A stretch of DNA of 64,000 nucleotides from the NCBI GenBank assembly GCA_016927995.1, contig JAFGLO010000004.1, forward strand, positions 64,955-128,954, in the 5' to 3' direction. The notes under the pieces are model-generated. The model saw only the letters and a program-made list of their open reading frames with translations. It was not told where the DNA came from and ran no database searches. How positions within the stretch are numbered: the first letter of the stretch is position 1; each line of letters starts with the position of its first letter. Positions 19,634 through 30,328 of this stretch are shown here, one piece after another. This DNA comes from Candidatus Dojkabacteria bacterium. GTDB lineage: Bacteria; Patescibacteriota; Dojkabacteria; JAFGLO01. The translations under genes and the position numbers were made by a program.

Positions 19634-21103
19634 ATGAAAACCAGGAAATTTACAATACTTCATTCAAACGATATGCATGGGGACTTTTTGGCGGAAGCAA
19701 CTTCAGGTAAAGGAAAGCTAATTGGTGGGCTTGCACTTTTATCCGGTTACATAAACAAGGTTCGGAAAGAAGAAGAAAATGTTTTATATGTAATTTCAGG
19801 AGATATGGTTCAGGGATCTCTTATTGATTCTGAATATAAAGGTATTTCAACCATTGAAATTATGAATTATTTAGCTCCGGACGTGGTCTCTTTAGGAAAT
19901 CATGAATTTGATTATGGACTTCCCCATCTTTTATTTTTGGAAAAAATGGCAAATTTCCCGATAGTAAACGCAAATTTGTATATAAAGAAATATTACAAAC
20001 GGTTAATGCGACCTTACATAATTATTAAAAAAGCAGGATTTGATATTTTGTTTACGGGAATAATTACTGAAAAGGTAATGGATTCAATAAGTCAGGATAA
20101 ACTTGTTGGGAGTTTTATAACGCTTGAGGAAGCAAGTAGGGAAGTAGGTAGAATTACCGATGCATATAAGCGGGATGACATTGATTTAACTGTTCTGCTT
20201 ACGCATATTGGATTTGAATCTGATATTGCTTTGGCCAAGATGCTAAAGCCGGAATGGGGTGTGGATATGATAATAGGCGGGCACTCTCATACAATTTTGG
20301 ATCACCCCAAGAAAGTTAACAAAGTACTTATAGCGCAGGCCGGTGTTGGAACCGATCAAATAGGACGATTTGATATTGAGGTCGATGATGATACAAATAT
20401 AATTGTTAAATATAGATGGAAGTTAATACCGATAGATGAATCAATTGCTGAACCTGACCAAGAACTCGAGGCGTATATTAATTCATATAAACAGATTGTC
20501 GATCGAAAATTTAGCACGCTAATTTGCAAACTTTCCGAAAAATTGACTCATCCTCTTCGTGAAATAGAGACAACAGTGGGAAACCTTTTTGCAGATGCAT
20601 TCGCAGAATCCACTGAATGTGATGTTATGTTTGTAGGATCTGGATCAATAAGATCAAAAGAGTTAGGACCATTGGTAACTTTAGGCGATTTAAACTCGTG
20701 TTTTCCCTATGATGACAGCTTAACAAGGTTTGAAATAACCGGGAATACTCTCCGAAAAATATTTGCACATATTATGCGTGTAAAAAATCGTGATGGAGAA
20801 GGCGAATGTTATCAGGTAAGCGCAGGGGTTAGTGCCGTTTATGATGATAATGCAGATAAGCTTAAAAGCCTAACGTTTAAAGGAAAACCTGTAAAAGCTA
20901 CTGACAAATTCAGAATTTGCTTGCAAGGATACCATTTAAGTCAATCAAAGGCTTATTTTGGTGTTTCACAAAAGGAATTAGCAAAATTAGCGCCCCCTAA
21001 GATTGTTTCAAGCTCGGCCCAGAGTGTAATAGAAGAATTTTTAAGAAATAACCAAAATATTGACAAGAAGCTTGAAAACCGGCTGGTTTATTTAGGTTCT
21101 TAA
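19634..21103 (+). CDS. Bifunctional metallophosphatase / 5'-nucleotidase
   Basis: LHSNDMHG, SGD, LGNHEFDYG, LTHIG, GGHSH; no signal peptide. Confidence 0.92.
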   Translation: MKTRKFTILHSNDMHGDFLAEATSGKGKLIGGLALLSGYINKVRKEEENVLYVISGDMVQGSLIDSEYKGISTIEIMNYLAPDVVSLGNHEFDYGLPHLLFLEKMANFPIVNANLYIKKYYKRLMRPYIIIKKAGFDILFTGIITEKVMDSISQDKLVGSFITLEEASREVGRITDAYKRDDIDLTVLLTHIGFESDIALAKMLKPEWGVDMIIGGHSHTILDHPKKVNKVLIAQAGVGTDQIGRFDIEVDDDTNIIVKYRWKLIPIDESIAEPDQELEAYINSYKQIVDRKFSTLICKLSEKLTHPLREIETTVGNLFADAFAESTECDVMFVGSGSIRSKELGPLVTLGDLNSCFPYDDSLTRFEITGNTLRKIFAHIMRVKNRDGEGECYQVSAGVSAVYDDNADKLKSLTFKGKPVKATDKFRICLQGYHLSQSKAYFGVSQKELAKLAPPKIVSSSAQSVIEEFLRNNQNIDKKLENRLVYLGS

Positions 21104-21128
21104 AGCCAATTATACTATTAAGTGTAAA

Positions 21129-21770
21129 CTAGGCTTTCTCGCCGCACTCAGGACAGAACTTAGCATTTGCGGACAGCTTTGCACCACATTTTTTACATTT
21201 GTTTTCAGGGACAAGACTTGTTCCGCATTCAACACAAAACTTTGAATGGGCTTTAACTGTTGCTCCGCACTTTGGACAAACAGCCTTTTTAACATCTTCC
21301 CAGTCTTTTTCGCCAAGGTGTTTGTCTTCTTTTGCCATTCTTGCGTGAGCAAATGCTTCGTCACGACCGTGTTGGGCCTGAGCGGCTGACATTTCCTCAC
21401 CAAGTTCGGGAGCACACTCTTTGCAAAGTCCACGTTCATGATTCCAGCAGATCTCTTTACAAACCCATGTGCCGCATCGTTTACACTGTATAAACATGGG
21501 TTGCATCTCTTTTACTGCCTCGTCAAGAGCTTTATCGTGTTGAGGACCAGCGGCCATTCTGTGAATATCGTCCGATGTTGAGGCTACTGTTGAAACGGCG
21601 CCACCAAGTAGGTTGCCTACAACATTTAAAGCCCCGCTAACAAATCCTGTTGTGGATTTTTTAAATGTGCTCATGTAGCCGTTGCCGCACTTTTCACAGA
21701 TGAATTTAAATTGATAACCCGATTCATTTGACATATCTTCGTAGTTGTTTGTAAATGGAATATTTGCCAA
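21129..21770 (-). CDS. Multi-zinc-ribbon (double zinc ribbon) protein
   Basis: Many CxxC pairs; C-terminal CPKCG..KFCVECG..CKKCG..KFCPECG. Confidence 0.85.
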   Translation of the reverse strand: MANIPFTNNYEDMSNESGYQFKFICEKCGNGYMSTFKKSTTGFVSGALNVVGNLLGGAVSTVASTSDDIHRMAAGPQHDKALDEAVKEMQPMFIQCKRCGTWVCKEICWNHERGLCKECAPELGEEMSAAQAQHGRDEAFAHARMAKEDKHLGEKDWEDVKKAVCPKCGATVKAHSKFCVECGTSLVPENKCKKCGAKLSANAKFCPECGEKA

Positions 21771-21854
21771 GATTATTTTTAATAAATTTAGTTTAGCTTT
21801 AGATGATAGCAGTTAACTGTTTACGTATCAATAGTTGTGAGTTAAAATTGTGAT

Positions 21855-22292
21855 ATGGCAAACCCTCTAGTATTTACTATGCCCACTTTTCCTCACATAC
21901 TCGAGCTTTCTAGCATGTTTCCCAGGGTGCTTAAGCTTGGTCCGAACTTAAAAACCGAGGTTGAATATCTAAAAAATCGAATAAAAAAGGAAAAGCCCGA
22001 AATAATAATAGGTTTTGCACTAGCCAAAGGAGATAAAAGTTATATAGAAAAAACGTGTTTTAATGAGATTCATAAAAAAAAGATTCTAAAGTCTGGGTCT
22101 GATTCTTTTGAGCTGTACGTGCCTGATAGGTTGCCACCCGAAATTATTCCAAGGGAAGATGCTTCCAGAACGTTTTGTAACTATGTATGTTACTTGCTTT
22201 CGGAATTTTTGCAGAGTGAAGGACTTAAACCCAAGTTAAGCTTTTATCATATGGGCACTACAAGATTCGAACTTGTGACCCCGCGAATGTGA
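21855..22292 (+). CDS. Pyroglutamyl-peptidase I-like (C15) protein
   Basis: PEIIIGF, IEK, DASRTFCNYVCY, FYH; 3' end overlaps tRNA-Val antisense. Confidence 0.6.
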   Translation: MANPLVFTMPTFPHILELSSMFPRVLKLGPNLKTEVEYLKNRIKKEKPEIIIGFALAKGDKSYIEKTCFNEIHKKKILKSGSDSFELYVPDRLPPEIIPREDASRTFCNYVCYLLSEFLQSEGLKPKLSFYHMGTTRFELVTPRM

Positions 22293-22325
22293 ATCGCGTG
22301 CTCTAACCAGCTGAGCTAAGTGCCC
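22252..22325 (-). tRNA. tRNA-Val(CAC)
   Basis: GGGCACT acceptor stem, CGCGA-TTCACAT-TCGCG anticodon arm, GTTCGAA T-loop. Confidence 0.95.
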
Positions 22326-22334
22326 TTGAAATGA

Positions 22335-23912
22335 CTATCTTACAGTTACTTCTACGAGTTTAAGTTCGTTAGTAGTTTCATTGATTTTTCCAACAACAAG
22401 ACTTCCCGAATCATTTAGTACTGTAAACTTACTTTCAATGTTTTCTAAAAGCTCATTCTTATTAATTCCCCAAAGATCACTATAAGATATTGTTCCATTC
22501 TTCCAAAAGAAAACTACACCCGAGTCGTCGCCCCACACAAAATTACAGGAAGTTTCTGTGCAATCAGCAATTTCATAACCGTTATAGGTGGTAAGATAGT
22601 CCCATTCATCGACTACAAGCCAGAAAACAAAATAGACGTTAGATATATTGATTATTGCTTTACTTGAGTCCGGCGATATTGAAACAAACTTACAATTAGA
22701 TTCATAACAATTTACAATCTCGTGTGCCGTAAGTTTTGAAGTGTCAAGAAACCAATACGTTGAGTCAACTTTTATAACAAACATTGTCCCTGTGAGGTCG
22801 GCATGAATTTCGGTTACTTCATCTGGGTTAAGAATAAAAGAACCATTGTCTTTTTCTTGCTCTGCAGGTAGTGGTTGATACATAAACTTGGTATTTATTG
22901 GAACAATAGTCTCGGTATTATTTCCCGAAAGTGCTTTACTTACGATTCCGTCTTTATTAACGAATACAATACTCCCATTTACAAATGTGTGTGGTATTGT
23001 TTCGATTTCGTCTCCGGATAAAATAATTAGGTTTACGGACTTTGCAAAATCGTGTGAAATAATCTCATCGTTACGAGTTAAAATAAGATATTCGCTGTTG
23101 GCGGCCCAATCCGAAATATTTGCACCTGTTGGAATGTTAGTTACTTCTATATACGAATTCAATGTATTGGTCGTGAACGCAACAATAGTTTTACTGTCAA
23201 TTGTGACGGTTGATTCTAGATTTTTTGTGTCTTTCGTTAGGGCACTTTTTATATCGAACTGTAAGAGAACTTTTGATAAGTCTGGAGCAGGAATAAGCTT
23301 CAGATTTTCAAGGTCGACTGCATAATCTCCATTGGTTAGGCTGACTTCTTTGCTGTTAAATACTTCGTTGCAGCTGGTTGTTGACCAAAAAACGAAGCTA
23401 ATATTGCAACGTTGGATCGTAAAGTGGTCGGCAAATTCGGTATAAGCTAAAACCGTATTTTTTTCTTCGTCGGAAAAGTAATGACGTGTTGAGCGTGAAA
23501 GCAAAGTCTCCGACTCGATATAACTTTTAGTTCGAAACAACTTTGAGTAAACCGAGTACGATAAGCCTTCCTTAACTCTTACGGGGAATGAATAAGAATG
23601 GTAGTTTTCTTTTTTAACTTCAATGGTATAGTCGCCAACTTCCAGTCCTGTGAGGATTTTTGAAGAAGAGGTTCCTAGCGATTTACCGTTAAGCAGGAGT
23701 TCGGCACCACGAACATTGCTTTTAATTGTAATTGATCCGGTTTGGATGATTGTGTTGTTTACAAATCGATATCCCTTTGAGTAAAGGATAACTATCACGG
23801 TAAAAAAAATAAAAGAGACCGGAATTAGGATTGCCCCGATCCAAGAGAACACTCGTTCTAAAGTCTTCTTTAGTGAACGCTTTGGTCTTGTCATGATAAC
23901 ATATTTTATCAC
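22335..23912 (-). CDS. PEGA-domain membrane-anchored protein
   Basis: N-terminal TM, YSKGYR, TGSITIKSNVRGAELLLNG...GDYTIEVKKENY. Confidence 0.8.
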   Translation of the reverse strand: MIKYVIMTRPKRSLKKTLERVFSWIGAILIPVSFIFFTVIVILYSKGYRFVNNTIIQTGSITIKSNVRGAELLLNGKSLGTSSSKILTGLEVGDYTIEVKKENYHSYSFPVRVKEGLSYSVYSKLFRTKSYIESETLLSRSTRHYFSDEEKNTVLAYTEFADHFTIQRCNISFVFWSTTSCNEVFNSKEVSLTNGDYAVDLENLKLIPAPDLSKVLLQFDIKSALTKDTKNLESTVTIDSKTIVAFTTNTLNSYIEVTNIPTGANISDWAANSEYLILTRNDEIISHDFAKSVNLIILSGDEIETIPHTFVNGSIVFVNKDGIVSKALSGNNTETIVPINTKFMYQPLPAEQEKDNGSFILNPDEVTEIHADLTGTMFVIKVDSTYWFLDTSKLTAHEIVNCYESNCKFVSISPDSSKAIINISNVYFVFWLVVDEWDYLTTYNGYEIADCTETSCNFVWGDDSGVVFFWKNGTISYSDLWGINKNELLENIESKFTVLNDSGSLVVGKINETTNELKLVEVTVR

Positions 23913-23976
23913 AGACAGCTTGTATATGCATCTTAGTTAATATACAATAAATCGACTATAAGATGATGGTTTTTTA

Positions 23977-24981
23977 ATGGCTAAACGGATTGGAATTGAC
24001 CTTGGAACCGCAAACTCCGTTGTATATGTGTCCGATAAAGGAATAATTTTGTGTGAACCTACGGTTGTTGCTTTAACAAAAGACGACTTAATGGTTATTG
24101 CCGTTGGGCAGGAAGCCAAAGAGATGCTTGGGAAAACACCTGATTCCATAATCGCTCGAAGACCCTTAAGAAATGGAGTAATTGCTAATGCTCGAATAAC
24201 CGAAGCAATTCTTAAGTATTTTATTGGAAAAGTAATGGGACCAATAAGACTGTTTAAGCCCGAAGTTATGATTTCGGTACCTGTGGGAATAACTTCCGTT
24301 GAAAAACGCGCGGTTGTAAAGGCGGCAATTAGTGCCGGAGCCAAAAATGTTGAACTTATACCGGAACCGCTTGCAGCGGCCATAGGTGCCAAACTTCCAA
24401 TTCATACATCAACCGGAAACTTAATCGTAAATATAGGTGGTGGAACTTCTGAAATCGCTGTGATTTCTCTCAATGGAATTGTAGCATTTAACTCTGCACG
24501 TGTTGCAGGTGATGCACTAAATGATGGAATTGCAGTGTATGTTAGAAAGAAACATGGATTAGTGATAGGTGAGCAAATGTCGGAACGAATAAAAATTGAA
24601 ATAGGAAGTGCACTGCCTATGGAAAAACCCCTTGAAATGGAGATTAGAGGTCGTGATAACTCGACAGGTATGCCAAGATCAACAACAATTGATTCAAATC
24701 AAACGGTCGATGCCATGAAACCTCGACTTAATCAGATAATTTTGGCTGTAAAGTCGGTACTTGAACGTACTCCTCCTGAGCTTACATCCGATATTATTGA
24801 TCGCGGGCTTATTTTAAGTGGTGGTACTGCCATGCTTCGAAATATAGATATGCTTTTTACTAAAGCACTTGGTGTGCCTAGTCATATTGCCGATGATCCT
24901 ATTTATTGTGTGGCCCGTGGTATCGGTGAAGCCCTTAAACATATTGATATTTTAAGAAAAAGCATTGAAGCAAACATGTAG
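23977..24981 (+). CDS. mreB: Rod shape-determining protein MreB/Mbl
   Basis: IGIDLGTAN, EPLAAAIGA, IGGGTSE, LERTPPEL. Confidence 0.95.
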   Translation: MAKRIGIDLGTANSVVYVSDKGIILCEPTVVALTKDDLMVIAVGQEAKEMLGKTPDSIIARRPLRNGVIANARITEAILKYFIGKVMGPIRLFKPEVMISVPVGITSVEKRAVVKAAISAGAKNVELIPEPLAAAIGAKLPIHTSTGNLIVNIGGGTSEIAVISLNGIVAFNSARVAGDALNDGIAVYVRKKHGLVIGEQMSERIKIEIGSALPMEKPLEMEIRGRDNSTGMPRSTTIDSNQTVDAMKPRLNQIILAVKSVLERTPPELTSDIIDRGLILSGGTAMLRNIDMLFTKALGVPSHIADDPIYCVARGIGEALKHIDILRKSIEANM

Positions 24982-25006
24982 GGATATGTTTGTAATCTGT
25001 CCCTAC
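24978..25006. repeat. REP-like palindrome
   Basis: GTAGGGATAtgtttgtaatcTGTCCCTAC between convergent mreB and nfo; supplies the mreB TAG. Confidence 0.8.
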
Positions 25007-25014
25007 AAATGTGT

Positions 25015-25908
25015 TTAAGCATCAGTCGTTGCCCAATCCAAAAGCTTTTTCATTTCGGACTTTGATCCCTCGGGTGTTTTTAATGCGGGACTTTCCAGAA
25101 TCATTGGGATTTCTCTTAATTTCGGATGGTTTATTATTGCTTTTATGCCTTCTTTTCCTATTAACCCTTCGCCTAAATCGGCGTGTCGATCTTTGTTTGA
25201 CCCACACTCTGTAAGAGAGTCGTTTAAGTGAATGCAGGTAACATTTGAAAGCCCCAGTGTTGAGTCTATATCTTTAATAACCCCTTCGAGGTTATTTTTC
25301 CAATCATAACCCGAGGCAAATGAATGCTGAGTATCAACAACAAATCCAATCCGGTCCGGCTGTGCAGCTTTGCGCCTCATTTCAGAAATCTCGGTAAATT
25401 TATCGCCAAGGATGTTTCCCGAACCTGCAGAATCTTCCAATAAAAGTTTGCCTTTAGGAGCATTATCTAAAATCCAATCGAGTCCATAAATAACACGACC
25501 CATTGATGCCTTTTCGGAAAGATCCTGCACTGATCCGGGGTGAAAACAAATTCCCAAGACTTCGATGTCTGAATCAAGCCTGTATAAATAATCAGAAAGG
25601 GACGCAGCAAAATTTAAGTAGGCTACAAGGGACATTTTGCTTAGGTGGAACATTTGTTTGTCGCCACGGGCGAGGTTGATAAGGTAGATCCCATGAGCAA
25701 CAATCCTTTTTATTGAACTTTTTGCCAGGGCTTCGGCAAAGGCTTTTATTTGAGATTCATCAATAGGTTTTGTCGTCCAGCGTTGAGGAGCCGTGGGGTG
25801 TATTTGGATGCTGTTTGCCGAAATTGCCTCTGCATTTTTTACGGCGTTTATTAGACCTCCGGCGACTGATACATGTGATCCAAGGTAGCGCATTATGGTC
25901 TTTGTCAA
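25015..25908 (-). CDS. nfo: Endonuclease IV
   Basis: GSHVSVAGG, HGIYLINL, FHPGS, DTQHSFASGYD, HLNDS, DRHADLGEG. Confidence 0.95.
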   Translation of the reverse strand: MTKTIMRYLGSHVSVAGGLINAVKNAEAISANSIQIHPTAPQRWTTKPIDESQIKAFAEALAKSSIKRIVAHGIYLINLARGDKQMFHLSKMSLVAYLNFAASLSDYLYRLDSDIEVLGICFHPGSVQDLSEKASMGRVIYGLDWILDNAPKGKLLLEDSAGSGNILGDKFTEISEMRRKAAQPDRIGFVVDTQHSFASGYDWKNNLEGVIKDIDSTLGLSNVTCIHLNDSLTECGSNKDRHADLGEGLIGKEGIKAIINHPKLREIPMILESPALKTPEGSKSEMKKLLDWATTDA

Positions 25909-26082
25909 ATTTATTTACCATTATAGCGTGAAAGTATTCATGGGTCTATATCTGAAGTAACGAAAATACTGATAAACCCGGCGGTTGGGCCTCTTAACTT
26001 GGCATGATGTCAGATTATATTAAAGTTTTATTAAGAAATTTGGCTGGTTTGAGTGATATTATTGAACTGATATAAGTTAAGG

Positions 26083-29000
26083 TTGTGGAATATGATTAAA
26101 AGGTTTGTGGTTGGAATTTTGGGGTTTGTTATATTTACTCTGCTATTTATATCATCGGTTTACGCAGATCAAGTAATACTTCCTGTTTACCAGGATACTT
26201 ATGTTGAAGAAGGATATCCAAATGCGATTGTCTGGGATAATAGAAACTTATTTCTTGGGTATGACAGTATCTGGGGAAAAGAGCGCACAAGAATATACAT
26301 TCAATTTGATTTCTCTTTAATTCCTCCGATTCTTTATTCTGATACCGGAAGGTTACAAAGTGTTCAAATTCAGTTGTATCAATATCAAAGACAGGCTTTA
26401 GGCTCATATAATTTTTATTTATTTCAACTTTTGTTACCATTCCTGCAAGGGGAGGTTAATTGGTATACCCAGCCAATAGTGGGAGAGTTAATAGGCGAGT
26501 TCTCCTTTTCTGAAAGCCTGGCATATCAAAGTATTGATATAACCAACTGGATAATAGGTTTTTTGCAAGGCGGAGAAAATAATGGCTTTGCACTGGTTGC
26601 GGTGGATGAGTATAGCGCAGGCTCTATATTCTGGTCGGATTCATGCGAGGTTGCCGGTGAATGTGCCAAGCCAAGACTCGTTATCAACTATGATTCAAAT
26701 ATGCCTCCCCTTGCAGGAATGGTAACTTCTCATGATGTTTATTCTATAACCGGTGAGAATCAGACTCTTTTAACTTGGGATACGTCAACGGATCCTGAGG
26801 GAGATTCCATTACATATTCTGTATTACAGTCTGCCGGTAGTGATTTTTCTAGTGAACTTGTTCAATATTCGGGGCTTTCGGAGAATAATATATCGCTGAA
26901 TCTAAATAGTGGATCTAACTTTGTTAAAGTATTGTATTGTGATCCTTATCGGTGTACCGAAACTAATCCCATAGAAATTGTTCTTGATGATTTGAGTCCC
27001 GGCATTCCAATTGCAAATCCTTTACCACCTTACGTAAGTGGTAAAAGCATTGAAGTATCGTGGCAGCAAAGCATTGATAATTATAGTAACAATGTTTCTT
27101 ATCAAGTTTGTTATGGTTATACTTCCGACTTGGAAGATTGTCAGACAACTGATTGGACAGGTAATCTTTCCTTTGTAATTAATGATATTGAGATTGATGG
27201 TGAAATGTATTTTTGGGTAAGAGCGCAGGATGATTTTGAAAATATTTCAGATTGGTCGAATCGTGGCTCAACTGTAGTCGATAACAATTCTCCCGTGTTG
27301 GGAAAACTTACAATTCTAAACAGTGTTATTTCACCAAGTAATCCAACGAGCACAGGCGTTCTTGATGAGCAAGTTTTTGAAGGAGATGTTTTTGATGTAA
27401 CATTACAAGAATGGAGACTGTTTGTGATGGATCAGTTTCATAATGTGGTTTTTAGTGTGGAAGGGGTCGGAACTTCGATTGAGTACATGTATCAACCGGT
27501 ACTTCCTGATGGAACTTACTTCGCTTTTTTAGAGGCAACTGATTTAATTGGGAATACAGCTCGAAGCAATATAGTGTCATTTAGGATTGATGATACAAGT
27601 CCCATAATTTCTAAAATTAACATTGACAATGCCAAAATCCGTACAGTTGCCTCCGAATATCTTACATTTTCAGTGAGTGAGGAATCAACCTGTCTGGTAA
27701 CCTTAAACAGTGTTACAGTAGGTCAAGCCGGTTTATTAAATTACGCTCACGGAGGGAATAAACTACTATTACACTGCATTGATACTGCAGGGAATTCAGT
27801 AAAGCAACAACTTACAATTAACGTTGATCTTATTCCTCCTGAGGCTCCTCTTATCCAAGTGATATCCGCTTCTTTGGCAGATATTCGATTGGAAGTGACG
27901 GCTGAAATCGGCTCGACAGTCTCTGTTTTTGTAAGTGGAGTAAAACTGACAACTGTGTTTATGGATGTAAACGTGAAGAAATTTTCGTTTGCAAAAATAT
28001 TTTACCCAAGCCTTGATTACGAGGTTCGTGGATTTACCGTTGATTTGGCAGGCAATCAGAGTCCGTGGAGTGAAAAAAGAATGTTTAAGATTCCTTCATT
28101 ACGTGAACTTGGTATTGGTGGAGGTGAGTTTATCTTACCTCAAAAGGAATATTCACCTACCGGAGAATGTACAATAACTTTTTCACAGAGTAATAACTCT
28201 TACAACGTTGATTGTAATTTATCTGCACCTTATATTAGAAGTGTTAGTAGGGTAAACTCCGGGGCGGTATCGGGTGGAGTACTTGAAGTTTCCGGTAAAC
28301 ATATCCCAACCGTCAATGTAAACATAATTTACAAAAGATGTAAGAAAAAAAGTTTTTTAAATCCCGAAACCTGGTTTAGTTGTATTGAGGAGACATATTT
28401 TACGGAGACACTTAAAGTTGAGGATAGTTCAAGCAATAGTTGGATTTATGGACAGTTAACCTCCCAACCTGTCAACGGGTTTATAACTTCCGAAAAGCCG
28501 AACACTGAGGAGTTTACACTTAAGTATAGGGTAGAGGACCTTAATGCCAAAAGGTTGTATCGGATTAAGCAGCATCTTTTTCTTACTTCATATACAAGTT
28601 TGGGAGATTATTTTGGAAGCTTTGAATTTAGTCGGCCTTCGACCTGGTTTTTAATTCCCCCCGAAGTTAGTATGTCAGGAAGTAAGTATTTTTCGTTCAT
28701 GTTTTCCAGACTTATAAACGTAACACAATGGCATGGTTATACTGCGTTTCAGGCACCTCATAAGGGTATCGACTTTGGTAGTGTGCTTGAGCCGATTCTC
28801 GCACCTGCCGACGGCACTGTTGAAGTAATTGCCTGGGACAGTTATGGCGGTGAATGTAACTCCGGCGGAAAGATTTTACTTATAAAACATGATAATGGGA
28901 TGTATTCTGCATATTTTCATCTTGAAAATTATCTTAAATCTGATGGAACGGTACTTGTTGTCGGCGAACGGGTAAGTAGAGGACAGGTGATTGCAACTTC

Positions 29001-29193
29001 CGGTAAAACCGGTGCATATAATTGTCAACCTTTAGGGTATCATCTGCATTTTGAACTTAGATTGGATAGGGCTCAAAGTACTCATGTTGACCCTGTTCCT
29101 TATATAGATATTAATTGGAATGAAGTTATTACAAGTGGATCAGGTGTTTACCCGGGACGACTTACAGGAGATAATCCCCATCCGGAATACTAA
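26083..29193 (+). CDS. Secreted multidomain protein: DNRLRE-like N-terminus, Fn3/Ig repeats, C-terminal M23 peptidase
   Basis: Signal peptide, QDTYV..YP, repeated DxxGN Ig motifs, HKGIDF and HLHFE. Confidence 0.85.
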   Translation: MWNMIKRFVVGILGFVIFTLLFISSVYADQVILPVYQDTYVEEGYPNAIVWDNRNLFLGYDSIWGKERTRIYIQFDFSLIPPILYSDTGRLQSVQIQLYQYQRQALGSYNFYLFQLLLPFLQGEVNWYTQPIVGELIGEFSFSESLAYQSIDITNWIIGFLQGGENNGFALVAVDEYSAGSIFWSDSCEVAGECAKPRLVINYDSNMPPLAGMVTSHDVYSITGENQTLLTWDTSTDPEGDSITYSVLQSAGSDFSSELVQYSGLSENNISLNLNSGSNFVKVLYCDPYRCTETNPIEIVLDDLSPGIPIANPLPPYVSGKSIEVSWQQSIDNYSNNVSYQVCYGYTSDLEDCQTTDWTGNLSFVINDIEIDGEMYFWVRAQDDFENISDWSNRGSTVVDNNSPVLGKLTILNSVISPSNPTSTGVLDEQVFEGDVFDVTLQEWRLFVMDQFHNVVFSVEGVGTSIEYMYQPVLPDGTYFAFLEATDLIGNTARSNIVSFRIDDTSPIISKINIDNAKIRTVASEYLTFSVSEESTCLVTLNSVTVGQAGLLNYAHGGNKLLLHCIDTAGNSVKQQLTINVDLIPPEAPLIQVISASLADIRLEVTAEIGSTVSVFVSGVKLTTVFMDVNVKKFSFAKIFYPSLDYEVRGFTVDLAGNQSPWSEKRMFKIPSLRELGIGGGEFILPQKEYSPTGECTITFSQSNNSYNVDCNLSAPYIRSVSRVNSGAVSGGVLEVSGKHIPTVNVNIIYKRCKKKSFLNPETWFSCIEETYFTETLKVEDSSSNSWIYGQLTSQPVNGFITSEKPNTEEFTLKYRVEDLNAKRLYRIKQHLFLTSYTSLGDYFGSFEFSRPSTWFLIPPEVSMSGSKYFSFMFSRLINVTQWHGYTAFQAPHKGIDFGSVLEPILAPADGTVEVIAWDSYGGECNSGGKILLIKHDNGMYSAYFHLENYLKSDGTVLVVGERVSRGQVIATSGKTGAYNCQPLGYHLHFELRLDRAQSTHVDPVPYIDINWNEVITSGSGVYPGRLTGDNPHPEY

Positions 29194-29345
29194 ATTATGA
29201 GGGTGTTTATATATAAATTAATTTACAATTTAACAAAAAATGTTAAGTCTATAGCGGACTTTATATATACTTCAATATTTGTTCAGTTTATGCTGGGAAC
29301 AGTTCTTGGGATAATCCTAGCCTTGATAATTTTATAAAAATCAAA

Positions 29346-30305
29346 ATGTCAGAAAACAAAAAACGGCTTTTATCTGTCGTATGGGCTTTGGGAATTGTAG
29401 TTATTGTAAGCTTTTTGTTGTACTCGACTGTATATCTTGTATCGTTTTTAATCAGGAGGGATTTAAACCCCGGTGAGGACTCCAACAATGTTCGTGTAAA
29501 GATCCTCAGTGATTATCAATTTGTTGGGTTCTTAACCGATGGAATTTTGGTTAAAGATTCTTCGGGAATTGGTTATCTGTGTAATGAAACCTGTGAAGAA
29601 ATTGTTTCCTCGGAGACAGATCTTATACGCGGAAGTGGTGACTACTTCGGATATTCGGGTGTTTTGGGTGGTAGTAGTCCCAATAATTTATATAATTATT
29701 ACCAAAGCATCTTTGTCTCAACGCTTGGCGGTGTTGTGTTTTCACTGCCTGATGAGCTTTTCTCGGATTTTATCATATGGGATGAAAGACTTTATCTTAT
29801 TACATATAAGGAGATCTCGAGTGCTACAGAAGATATTTCAACGATAAGAGTTTACGATATCGGAGACACGGGTCTTTTGTTCCTCGAAGAATTCTCAATT
29901 CAGCTTGAAGTTTCGGGGGATATTTTGAACGGTAACACGTTTTATACAGTGTTCCCGAGAGAGCCAATTGCTTATTTTCGTAATAATGATTCGGTACAAT
30001 CACTAGCATATACCGACGATTTTGTTCTACTAAGTGAAGACTTGTGTAGTGTAAGCGTCTTGGAACAAAAGTTAATGTGTGATCAGAATGAAACTAATCT
30101 TCCTAAGTTTGTCGATGCTGCAAGTCATGATGGCAAGTTATACTTGCTTTCAAGCGGTGATCAGGCAACGGTTGAACACCAATCGGTTAATGATATAAAC
30201 ATAACTAAAGTTTCCTTACCGGTTACCGACAGTGCTAAAATTTTCTGCTTATCTGATAAATGTGTTGTTCAGCAGTTTAACTTATTAACAATACTTGATT
30301 TTTAA
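29346..30305 (+). CDS. Membrane-anchored hypothetical protein
   Basis: N-terminal TM then beta-rich region. Confidence 0.6.
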   Translation: MSENKKRLLSVVWALGIVVIVSFLLYSTVYLVSFLIRRDLNPGEDSNNVRVKILSDYQFVGFLTDGILVKDSSGIGYLCNETCEEIVSSETDLIRGSGDYFGYSGVLGGSSPNNLYNYYQSIFVSTLGGVVFSLPDELFSDFIIWDERLYLITYKEISSATEDISTIRVYDIGDTGLLFLEEFSIQLEVSGDILNGNTFYTVFPREPIAYFRNNDSVQSLAYTDDFVLLSEDLCSVSVLEQKLMCDQNETNLPKFVDAASHDGKLYLLSSGDQATVEHQSVNDINITKVSLPVTDSAKIFCLSDKCVVQQFNLLTILDF

Positions 30306-30328
30306 TGATCAAACCTATATCCTAGAGT

